This document shows, one piece after another, positions 9,298 through 20,316 of a DNA stretch of 32,000 bases. This stretch comes from Propionibacterium ruminifibrarum. GTDB lineage: Bacteria > Actinomycetota > Actinomycetes > Propionibacteriales > Propionibacteriaceae. Numbering within the stretch: position 1 is the first letter of the stretch; every line of letters starts with the position of its first letter. The notes under the pieces were generated by a model. The model ran no database searches and had not been told where the DNA came from. It saw only the letters and a list, made by a program, of their open reading frames with translations. Both the position numbers and the translations under genes were made by a program. The stretch spans positions 54,069 through 86,068 of the forward strand of contig NZ_OMOH01000009.1 in the NCBI RefSeq assembly GCF_900289195.1, written 5' to 3'.

Positions 9298-10172
9298 CCG
9301 CCTTCAGCGTTCTGCTGCCCGTCTACGCCGGCGACGACCCGGCGTTCTTCACCCGCGCCCTGCGGTCGGTGAGCATCGACCAGAGCCTCAAGCCGGACGA
9401 GATCGTCATCGTCCGCGACGGCGAGGTGAGCGACGAGATCGAGGCGATCCTCGACGCCGCCATCGACGGCTCGGCGGTCGGCGGGGTGCCCGTCACCGTC
9501 GTGCGCATCGGCCACAACCGTGGCCTGGCGGACGCTCTCGTCGAAGGCCTCAAGGCCTGCCGCTACGAGATCGTCGCCCGCGCCGACGCCGATGACATCT
9601 CGCTGCCCCACCGGTTCGCCACACAGATCCCCGTCATCGTGGGCGACGGAGGTGAGCCACTGGACCTGTTGGGCGCGGCGATCCAGGAGTTCGAGACGGA
9701 AGCGGGCCCGCGGGGTGTGGTGCGGGTACTGCCCACCACCCCGGAGAAGATCACCGAGATGGCGCGTTTCCGCGACCCCTTCAACCATCCGACGGTCGTC
9801 TACCGCAAGGCCGCTGTGGCCCGTGCCGGGGGCTACCGCAGGCTCGCCAAGATGGAGGACTACTGGCTGTTCGTCCGCATGCTGCAAACGGGGTCCAGGG
9901 TGGCCAATCTGGCCGAGCCCCTGGTGCTCTACCGGGTCGGCGCCGGCGCCTACCAGCGCCGCGGCGGCGAGGAGATGCTGCGCAGCGAGATCGAACTGCA
10001 GCGGGCCTTCATGACATCGGGTTTCGTCACCCGGCGGCAGGGGCTGCGCAACATCGTCGTGCGCGGCGGCTACCGTCTCGTGCCCACATGGGCCCGCAAA
10101 CCGGCGTACCGGATCATGGTGCGACACGGCAGGGGCAGGGTGCAGACCAAGGGGCGGCCCGCATCCTGCTGA
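9294..10172 (+). CDS. GT2 glycosyltransferase
   Basis: FSVLLPVYAGDDPAFFTRALRSVSIDQSLKPDEIVIVRDG and ARADADDIS motifs. ATGA overlap with the upstream GT2 (9294..9297). Confidence 0.8.
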   Translation: MTAFSVLLPVYAGDDPAFFTRALRSVSIDQSLKPDEIVIVRDGEVSDEIEAILDAAIDGSAVGGVPVTVVRIGHNRGLADALVEGLKACRYEIVARADADDISLPHRFATQIPVIVGDGGEPLDLLGAAIQEFETEAGPRGVVRVLPTTPEKITEMARFRDPFNHPTVVYRKAAVARAGGYRRLAKMEDYWLFVRMLQTGSRVANLAEPLVLYRVGAGAYQRRGGEEMLRSEIELQRAFMTSGFVTRRQGLRNIVVRGGYRLVPTWARKPAYRIMVRHGRGRVQTKGRPASC

Positions 10173-10810
10173 CGTGCTCTGTGAAGCACTGCATCGGGGA
10201 AGCTGACAGCTTTTGCAGCTGCGGGCAGGCATGGGAGCTGGTCCTGTCCATTCTTCGTGCCATCGGGGCACTGGCCTACCCGAGCGGAGTCTCCGGGCAT
10301 CCCCAGACCATCTAGGTCACTCATTGCTACGTAGTAGAGACGTACCTACCTCGGGCCCGAGGGTACCGATTGGATACCTCCAAGCCTCTGGATTCGAACG
10401 CGGTCTGAGAACAGGAGGACTTGCGCAAAACTTATGTATCGTGTACCTTGTACTGCATACAGAAAAGGAGGTGCACCGCCAACTACTAAACACAACAACT
10501 ACTTGACGACTCCCAATGTGCTAAGCACCGCAGGAAGCAGACAGCACCGATGCAAGCGGCTTCGGCGCGGATCGCACGCGACCCAGTACCCGCCAAGTCA
10601 TTTAAAAGCGCTCAGGGTAAAAAGACTCGCTGAATGGATCGCCACGCAGGGGATCAAATTAGCACAGTGCGCACGCACTACTACCCACTCGACTCCTTGG
10701 GTTTGGGTCGAAGGCGGATTAATCAGTGTCTCCACCCACTGGTCAGGGAGGAACGTAAAAAAAAACCGCTCGTTAGAAACAGACAAACTCATTAAACAAA
10801 GGAGGTTAGA

Positions 10811-11998
10811 ATGACAGACAGTACCCTAGCTGCCGCAATTAAAGCGGCAGTCGAGGTGCAAGGCATAGCCTGGGGAGGTCGAACCCGCGTCGGCACTCCA
10901 GAACAGCTCGCCGATGGCTTATCCAATGCCCTGCAACACGCGGACGGCATGACCAGCCGCGAAGCCGTTGCCGCTATGATCGGTGAATCCGCCCAAGAAA
11001 CCGACTGGTACTGCAGCCTTGTCGAATATGGCGGCGCTAATGCATGGTATGCACCATACTATGGCCGAGGCTGCATTCAGCTCACGCATCAGAGCAACTA
11101 CAGCGCCTTCGGGGCATGGGCACAGAAACTCGGCTATGCCACAAGTTCCGCCGATATGGTATCCAACCCGAACAAGGTTGCCACGATGCCTTGGGCATGG
11201 CTTGCCTGCATCTGGTACTTTGCCGCGAACATCCCAGCCAGTTATTGGACAAACCGTAATTGGAACGCCATCAGCGGTCTTATTAACGCCGGTGACGCTA
11301 GCTACTACGTGCCAGCATTCGAACTGCGCACTCGATCAATCATCGCCGCACTCAACATTCTTAACCGAAACAATTGGACTTATGAAGGAGACGGACTCAT
11401 GGCAGTAACCCAGGATGACCTCAGGAAGATCCACGACGCAGTTTGGCACGGTGTGTCAGGTGCGAAACTCATCACTAATCGCCGCCTTGGTCGCGGTGAA
11501 TGGGCAGAGACCCTGCTCGGCTCCAATGAGCAGCGTCTAGAATCTCTTATCCCGAATTCGGTATGGGGTAAAACCGTCAAACGTGCTGGTTTGCCTTCAG
11601 ATGACCCTCGTGCTGATAAAGAAGTCTCAGTCGGCACCATCATGGCATATATGGACTCGTTCGTTCTTGACGTGAAGAACTCGATCGTTGCCGCAGTATC
11701 CTCCATTGCGACTGAAACTGATACTGAACAGATCATTAAAGCTGTCGACAACGCCATTAACGAATCTGTGGATCAATATGCCCAACTGCACGAACAGAAG
11801 CCCAGATCAGACGGATCCGCTCTACTCGACTCCGCCGTTCACGTCGTCTCATCCGGAGAAACACTGGATACTATTGCCGTAGAGCATAACACGACAACTG
11901 CCGAGATCATCGCTGCAAACCCAGACTTGGATTCCAATCTCCTCGAAGTTGGCCGAAAGATTGTTGTCCCTGTCACAGCCACCAAACAGAAAGATTGA
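10811..11998 (+). CDS. Phage-type endolysin: N-terminal GH19 (chitinase-like lysozyme) domain, uncharacterised middle region, C-terminal LysM
   Basis: GH19 hallmarks are GESAQETDWYCSLVEYGG...YYGRGCIQLTHQSNY and WAWLACIWYF. The C-terminal LysM is HVVSSGETLDTIAVEHNTTTAEIIAANPDLDSNLLEVGRKIVVP. A strong SD AAAGGAGG lies 5 nt upstream of the ATG. Confidence 0.8.
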   Translation: MTDSTLAAAIKAAVEVQGIAWGGRTRVGTPEQLADGLSNALQHADGMTSREAVAAMIGESAQETDWYCSLVEYGGANAWYAPYYGRGCIQLTHQSNYSAFGAWAQKLGYATSSADMVSNPNKVATMPWAWLACIWYFAANIPASYWTNRNWNAISGLINAGDASYYVPAFELRTRSIIAALNILNRNNWTYEGDGLMAVTQDDLRKIHDAVWHGVSGAKLITNRRLGRGEWAETLLGSNEQRLESLIPNSVWGKTVKRAGLPSDDPRADKEVSVGTIMAYMDSFVLDVKNSIVAAVSSIATETDTEQIIKAVDNAINESVDQYAQLHEQKPRSDGSALLDSAVHVVSSGETLDTIAVEHNTTTAEIIAANPDLDSNLLEVGRKIVVPVTATKQKD

Positions 11999-11999
11999 T

Positions 12000-12365
12000 A
12001 TGAGCTGTACCAGTGACATCCTCACAAGAGCTTTCTGGAAGGGGACTCTCGAGAGAGCTATTAAAACTGTTATTCAGACATTCGCCGCTCTCAGTTTGTC
12101 AGCCCTTGGTCTTTACCAGACGCCAAGTGGCTCTGAACTTGTCGCTGCTGCCAGAGCCGTGTCCGGTAACGCCATCCTGACTGTCATCGTCGCCGCGCTC
12201 CTCGCTGGTGCTGTCTCAGTCTGCACAAGTCTCCTCAATCCGTCCTTTGTCGCTGGGGACACCCTGTTGCCCGCAACCGACATGATGGCAGAGGTCGCTG
12301 CTGACCTTCAGCACTCCGCGTCCGAACAGGACGAGTCTGAACCTGGCACAGTCCCGGCGGTCTGA
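12000..12365 (+). CDS. Holin, phage r1t-holin-like family
   Basis: ATG at 12000, 1 nt after the endolysin stop. FWKGTLERAIKTVIQTFAALSLSALG plus a second TM helix (AILTVIVAALLAGAVSV) and an acidic C-tail match the actinophage r1t-type holin pattern (from memory). Its position directly after the lysin supports the call. Confidence 0.6.
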   Translation: MSCTSDILTRAFWKGTLERAIKTVIQTFAALSLSALGLYQTPSGSELVAAARAVSGNAILTVIVAALLAGAVSVCTSLLNPSFVAGDTLLPATDMMAEVAADLQHSASEQDESEPGTVPAV

Positions 12366-12375
12366 TCCTCCACAC

Positions 12376-12413
12376 GGGCCCCGCCCCTCACAGGGGGCGG
12401 GGCCCTTCCCTTT
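12376..12413 (+). terminator. Rho-independent terminator of the lysis cassette
   Basis: Perfect 12-bp stem gggccccgcccc (12376..12387) / ggggcggggccc (12394..12405) with a 6-nt loop, followed by ttcccttt. It begins 11 nt after the holin stop. Confidence 0.75.
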
Positions 12414-12528
12414 GATTGCTTAGAGGCACTTCCACCTCGGCTCAGACCCACTCATCGTGGGATACCCTTATTATTGGATTGAGCTGAGATTACTCGCTTG
12501 CAGTTTGTACGTAAGTTAAGCACGGAGA

Positions 12529-13056
12529 GTGACCAACCTGCTACCGAAAGGCATCATCGTGGTCGTGAACGAAGCGTTGCGAGACCTGCTCACCGAAGCA
12601 CAGCCCGGCATGGCTCTCGACGGACTCGTAACCAAGGCAAAACAGTCGGGCATCAGGATCAGCCGCAACACTATAGCCCGAGCTCGTCGCGGCGATCTGG
12701 TCAATCCGACGGAGACCACCTTGCAGGCATTAGCACAGCTATTCGGTATCGACGTCCGGCGGCTGCGCGAAGTAATCGGACGCAGGCCTGGCGAACGTGG
12801 TCTTGGCCCGTGGACACCTGACCCCCGATCAGCATCACTTACTCAAGCTCAGCGTGAAGCGCTGGACCGGTTGATCGTGACGATCGTTGAGCAACAGCAA
12901 GACGATGTCACACCGAAGGGCGAGGTGCCACTGCACGCTGTACCCGACTGGGCAGACCCAATCGCTGCTAGAACAGCAGACCGGACTACTGATCGCGTGG
13001 AACTCGATGAGGAAGACACGAGTCAAGATCCTGATGATTGGGAACATAAGCAATAA
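12529..13056 (+). CDS. XRE-family helix-turn-helix regulator (ImmR/CI-like) with acidic C-terminal tail
   Basis: NEALRDLLTEAQPGMALDGLVTKAKQSGIRISRNTIARARRGDLVNPTETTLQALAQLFGIDV fits the HTH_XRE layout. An in-frame TAA at 12517..12519 limits the start to GTG 12529 or GTG 12559; the latter has GAAAGG 7 nt upstream. Confidence 0.65.
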   Translation: MTNLLPKGIIVVVNEALRDLLTEAQPGMALDGLVTKAKQSGIRISRNTIARARRGDLVNPTETTLQALAQLFGIDVRRLREVIGRRPGERGLGPWTPDPRSASLTQAQREALDRLIVTIVEQQQDDVTPKGEVPLHAVPDWADPIAARTADRTTDRVELDEEDTSQDPDDWEHKQ

Positions 13057-13193
13057 GGCACATAACCTAATGATAATGATTGTCTTCTCGATTGCATGGC
13101 GCTGGCACAATCTTGACACGGTCAGAACTAGTATTCAGTGGCCCCGTACTTGCTCTCATGAGATTGTCAGCGGCTGGCTCTAATATTTAGGGT

Positions 13194-13610
13194 ATGTACC
13201 ACCCTTGGCAGCGCTTTAATGCTGAAGCGCAGTGGACTCTCCAAACTGCACACCTCCCACGCGGACACATGGGTCAAATTGACTGGCAAACACACACCGT
13301 CATCATCGACCGAAACCTCCTCCAAAGTGAACGGCGATGCACCATCACTCACGAACTGGTCCACATCGAACGAGGTCCCGTGCCCTCCGATCCATGGCTG
13401 AAACAGCGAGAGGAACAAGCCGTTGAGGCAGAAGCCGCTCGCCGTCTCATCACCCTTGAAGCTCTCGCCGATGCTCTCGCGTGGTCGTCCCAGCCAGCTG
13501 AGGTCGCCGAAGAATTATGGGTGGACATGCAAACCCTTGACGTAAGGATTTCCGGCCTCAGCGATACCGAACGGACATGGCTCGATCGTAGATTGGAAAT
13601 CGATCAGTGA
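13194..13610 (+). CDS. Minimal ImmA/IrrE-family (COG2856-like) zinc metallopeptidase
   Basis: HEXXH motif in ITHELVHIERG. It is small (138 aa) and lies directly downstream of the XRE gene in immR-immA order. The ATG is preceded by TAATAT (13181..13186) + 7 nt with no SD. Confidence 0.65.
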   Translation: MYHPWQRFNAEAQWTLQTAHLPRGHMGQIDWQTHTVIIDRNLLQSERRCTITHELVHIERGPVPSDPWLKQREEQAVEAEAARRLITLEALADALAWSSQPAEVAEELWVDMQTLDVRISGLSDTERTWLDRRLEIDQ

Positions 13611-13954
13611 GTACACGACCCCCTGCGACACAGAATGACAATCCGAGCCACCAGAGATGAATCCAAGCAAACTTGCATGTCGGGTTGCTGTCAGCTGGGT
13701 CATCGCGCGACTGACTCACACCAAACACAAACAACCATGTCGGCCACGCATGCGAAATCATTCAAGAAGTACTTACAACATGCTGGTCATCGAGATCATT
13801 TGACACTTACCTAAAGTTTAAAGAAGACGATCGAGCAAGCCAACGACAATTCTCATTCGGAGTCAGAGGCCTAAGGCTTTGCAATCGTCAGAGCTTCACT
13901 AAACTGTGTCGCGGAGTTGAACCCAACTCTCGTGACACTATCAATCGCATACTG

Positions 13955-15110
13955 TTATGCGGTGAAATACGTCATCATCCACCAGAAGAACAGAAAGCCT
14001 AGCGCAGAGTCAAGATTCAGCAGCCCGAATAATTCTCGCTGAATAACGACCAGTGCATCGGTACCGTTAATCCAGCGCAGACCGAGGTCTGGCACATAGG
14101 AGACATTTTCACCGCCAATTCCTGACATACCTTTGGAGATGAGGCAGCTTCATCGAGATGTTTGTTAATGAATCTCACATTATCAGACAACTTATCTGTC
14201 ATATAGAAATGGCTCAGGTTGTACTGGGCAATCAAGTAAACCAAGTTTACCCTGCAAGAGTTGACTATCACCGTTGCACCGAGATCCCCGTTGCCATTAA
14301 TCATGCTCCATGAGTGAGATCTAGTCTGAACTAAGAATGGTTGCGTTCTTCTGCATCAGGTATTGCTCACTTACCTCACCATCCAACCCAAGAACACGAG
14401 ACTAGATAGTGTATACCAAACCCCCAGTCAAGCTGCACATACGGGAAAATGAACACCAGCGCGAATAGCCCGAGCACAAATCTACTAATTACCGTTGCCC
14501 CGATGAATATCTTCAACAAAATCAGAAGTGGAAGCGGCTACATTGTAAGAACCGCAACCATCGTCACCGCATGGGTAGCCGTAATGACATCAAGACGCGA
14601 AAGAGAGGCAAGAGGGCGATACAGTCGTGAAAGATTACCGTGTAGAACATTGATCCGACCAGCAAGCCGAGATCCATGTCTGTGGCATTACCAGTGGGCA
14701 GAGCATAAACCGAGGCGCTCAAATGAAAAGCGATGTCTCACCGCTGGGAATGACGAGTGGATTCCCTATCGCTCATAGGATCCTTCGCCCAATACCCCTG
14801 CGACCAACACGATTCCGACCAGATAACAAAGAACGACAAGTTGTTCCCTGCTGGGCGCCCCTTCGGCAGGCAAGGGCGAAGCCATCTGAAAGTTCCAAGG
14901 GCTACAAACAACATTGCATAATCAAATATCCACCATGCCTCCACCACTTCCGAACACACTTGCTGGAAACGCTGATCGCTGTGAGGCTCAGAAGCGGGGC
15001 TAGCAGCAGCGCCAAGAAAGGCTTCTGGCACCACCCGGTAGCCACGATCACTTGGGCAAACAAAACAAGCAGAGCTGTGGCGAACCCGGGTATGAGATCT
15101 CACCACGTCA
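13955..15110 (-). pseudogene. Frameshift-riddled integral membrane protein gene (function unknown; possibly a polysaccharide-modifying or polymerase-type protein)
   Basis: Minus-strand membrane-like fragments read in alternating frames. 15099..14902: DLIPGFATALLVLFAQVIVATGW...LALLLAPLLSLTAISV. 14885..14766: MASPLPAEGAPSREQLVVLCYLVGIVLVAGVLG. 14677..14564: MDLGLLVGSMFYTVIFHDCIALLPLF. 14537..14376: PLPLLILLKIFIGATVISRFVLGLFALVFIFPYVQLDWGFGIHYLV. 14304..: MINGNGDLGATVIV. 14128..13955: MSGIGGENVSYVPDLGLRWINGTDALVVIQRELFGLLNLDSALGFLFFWWMMTYFTA. Confidence 0.4.
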
Positions 15111-15211
15111 TTGTGTTCTCAATTCAAGTTCTGGTTCGAACATTCTCAGCGCAGCCTCTGACATCATCATGGACTCCGAGCAACCATGAGGTGCGCAAAC
15201 AGTCATCATGC

Positions 15212-16120
15212 TCAGACCCGTTCTGCTGCGGTCAACGGCGGACCGCCGATACGCACCCGCACCGGAACCGCGGCCCGCTCCTCATCGGTGAACAGCCGCT
15301 TGGCCTTCTCCGCCTCGCTGAGCGGGGGCCGCTCCGGGTCCTCACTGCCGTCCAGGGCCCGGCCACGCAGGAACCGCACCGCCTGGTCACACGGGCCGTC
15401 GAAGACCAGCCTGCCGCGCTCCATGACCAGACCGCGCTTGCAGAACTTCTCGACCATGTCGAGATCGTGACTGACGATGACGATCGTCTTGCCATCGCGC
15501 ACCATCGAGCGGATGAGCGCCTTGCACTTCTCCTGGAAGGGCTCGTCGCCGACTGCGAGGATCTCATCGACGAGGAAGACGTCGGGGTTGGTGTGCACCG
15601 CGACGGAGAAGGCAAGACGCAGGTACATGCCCGAGGAGTAGAACTTCACCTCGGTGTTGATGAAATCGCCGATGTCGGCGAACTCCAGGATGTCGTCGTA
15701 GGCGGCGTCGATCTCCTCCTTGGTCATGCCGAGGATCGCGCCGTTGAGGTAGACGTTGTCGTGGCCGGTCAGGTCGGGGTGGAAGCCGGCGCCCACCTCG
15801 ATGAGGCCTGCCACCTTGCCCTTGATGCCGACGGCCCCGCCGTCGGGGTGCATGACGCCGCTGATGAGTTTCAGGGTCGTGGACTTGCCCGAACCGTTGA
15901 AGCCCATGAGGGCGACCGACTCGCCGTCGGCGATGTCGAAACTGACGTCGTCCATGGCCTGGAACTCGTTGGTGATGTCCTTCTTGCGGCCCTTGAACAG
16001 CCAGACGACGGCTTCCTTGATGGACCGGGTGTGCCGCAGCAGGAAGGTCTTGGTGACGTGCTGGGCGGTGACGACAACTCGTTCGTCACGAGGTTCGAGT
16101 GCGATCTTCCTGGCCATCAC
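15212..16120 (-). CDS. wzt: Polysaccharide ABC exporter, ATP-binding subunit (Wzt/TagH/RfbE-type)
   Basis: Walker A GFNGSGKSTT, signature YSSGMYLRLAF, Walker B VFLVDEILAVGD. The start (GTG 16120 or ATG 16117) overlaps the wzm stop. Confidence 0.9.
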   Translation of the reverse strand: MMARKIALEPRDERVVVTAQHVTKTFLLRHTRSIKEAVVWLFKGRKKDITNEFQAMDDVSFDIADGESVALMGFNGSGKSTTLKLISGVMHPDGGAVGIKGKVAGLIEVGAGFHPDLTGHDNVYLNGAILGMTKEEIDAAYDDILEFADIGDFINTEVKFYSSGMYLRLAFSVAVHTNPDVFLVDEILAVGDEPFQEKCKALIRSMVRDGKTIVIVSHDLDMVEKFCKRGLVMERGRLVFDGPCDQAVRFLRGRALDGSEDPERPPLSEAEKAKRLFTDEERAAVPVRVRIGGPPLTAAERV

Positions 16121-17010
16121 AGCTCCTGGGCGAACTTGCCCTCGAAGTGGCGGAACAGCAGGTCGCCCGCGAGCAGCAGGCCGAAGCTGACCACCAGCGC
16201 GATGGGCGTCCAGTACGAGAACAGGTGGGGCATCACGTGCCAGGTCTCATAAGGGACTTGGCTGGTGACGGTGGGCGCCCAGAAGGCGTCGTGGAAGAGC
16301 TCGACGGCGGTCGTCAGCGGGTTGAGCTTGTAGATCACCACCGCCCAGTGCGGCAGCGTGTTGGCCACCAGCACCCACATGTAGAGCACCGGGCTCAGCC
16401 AGGTGACCACCATGTTGATGAGGTCGACGAAGTTCTCCGAGTCGCGGAAGAAGACGTTGGCCGTGCCGAAGACCAGCCCGAGGGCCAGCGCGAACACCGA
16501 GACGATGACGAAACCGACGAGGAACGCCAGGATCTGCATGAGCGTGGGGTGCCAGCCCACGAGAAGGTCGACGACCAGCAGGATCGCCACCTGCGGGAAG
16601 AAGTGGATCCACGCCACCCACAGGCTCGAGACCGGGAACAACTCGCGCGGCAGGTAGATCTTCTTGATGAGATCGCCGTTGCCCACGATGATGCGTGCCG
16701 AGTTGCCGAAGACCTCGGTGAACAGGTTCATCACGACGATGCCGCTGAACATGTAGATCGCGTAGTTCGGCAGGCCCCGGTTGAGGCCGAGGAAGATGCC
16801 CATCGCCACGAAGAAGACGGCGAACTGGATGGCCGGCTTGATGTAGCTCCACACCAGACCGAGCACCGAGGCCCGGTAGCGAACCTGGATCTCCTTGTTG
16901 ACGATGCGCTTGAGCAGGAAACGGTTGGTGAAGACCTCACGGAGCCCACGCCCCTGTCCGGGGGCGTGGAACTCGAGCCGTGTCGTTGGGCTCTGCGACG
17001 AAGAACTCAC
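16117..17010 (-). CDS. wzm: Polysaccharide ABC exporter, ABC-2 permease subunit (Wzm/TagG/RfbD-type)
   Basis: FLLKRIVNKEIQVRYRASVLGLVWSYIKP ABC-2 N-terminal signature followed by about 6 TM helices. It begins 4 nt after the glfT2-like stop. Confidence 0.9.
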   Translation of the reverse strand: MSSSSQSPTTRLEFHAPGQGRGLREVFTNRFLLKRIVNKEIQVRYRASVLGLVWSYIKPAIQFAVFFVAMGIFLGLNRGLPNYAIYMFSGIVVMNLFTEVFGNSARIIVGNGDLIKKIYLPRELFPVSSLWVAWIHFFPQVAILLVVDLLVGWHPTLMQILAFLVGFVIVSVFALALGLVFGTANVFFRDSENFVDLINMVVTWLSPVLYMWVLVANTLPHWAVVIYKLNPLTTAVELFHDAFWAPTVTSQVPYETWHVMPHLFSYWTPIALVVSFGLLLAGDLLFRHFEGKFAQEL

Positions 17011-17014
17011 GGAT

Positions 17015-20316
<3,302 letters not shown>

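Larger units (their letters stand above)
10300..15211. mobile_element. AT-richer island: degenerate prophage-like remnant (lysis cassette + immunity-type pair + pseudogene); no integrase or att found
   Basis: Composition drops sharply. Hand counts: 14161..14220 has 19/60 G+C and 11341..11400 has 27/60, against 39/60 in flanking 15541..15600. Gene content is phage-type. Boundaries are approximate: the left edge lies between the GT2 stop (10172) and about 10320, and the right edge abuts the wzt stop (15212). Confidence 0.55.

Noticed and set aside
10390-10399. GGATTCGAAC, resembling the reverse complement of a tRNA T-loop, near the left island edge (possible tRNA or att remnant)
   Set aside because: On the minus strand the flanks of GTTCGAATC (ccgc / caga) cannot form a T-stem, and no acceptor or anticodon arms could be built. 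It is treated as chance similarity.
10560-10810. Possible c-di-AMP (ydaO-type) riboswitch upstream of the wall hydrolase gene
   Set aside because: Only short resemblances are present (cgcTGAAT, cAGGGGAtc). The conserved downstream pseudo-symmetric elements I recall for that family are absent.
12498-12821. 107-aa plus-strand ORF overlapping the XRE gene in another frame
   Set aside because: The translation is Arg/Ser/His-rich nonsense, whereas the 12529 frame gives a coherent HTH_XRE domain.
13635-13814. 59-aa plus-strand ORF (MTIRATRDESKQTC...) after the ImmA-like gene, and overlapping minus ORFs 13515..13703 and 13558..13761
   Set aside because: It has no SD, no recognisable motif and low-complexity composition. 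The minus ORFs overlap the 3' end of the ImmA-like gene. It cannot be supported as coding.
14723-16252. 509-aa plus-strand ORF crossing the island boundary
   Set aside because: Its 3' two-thirds are antisense to the clear wzt ABC ATPase, and its 5' third runs through pseudogene debris. It has no motifs and no plausible SD.
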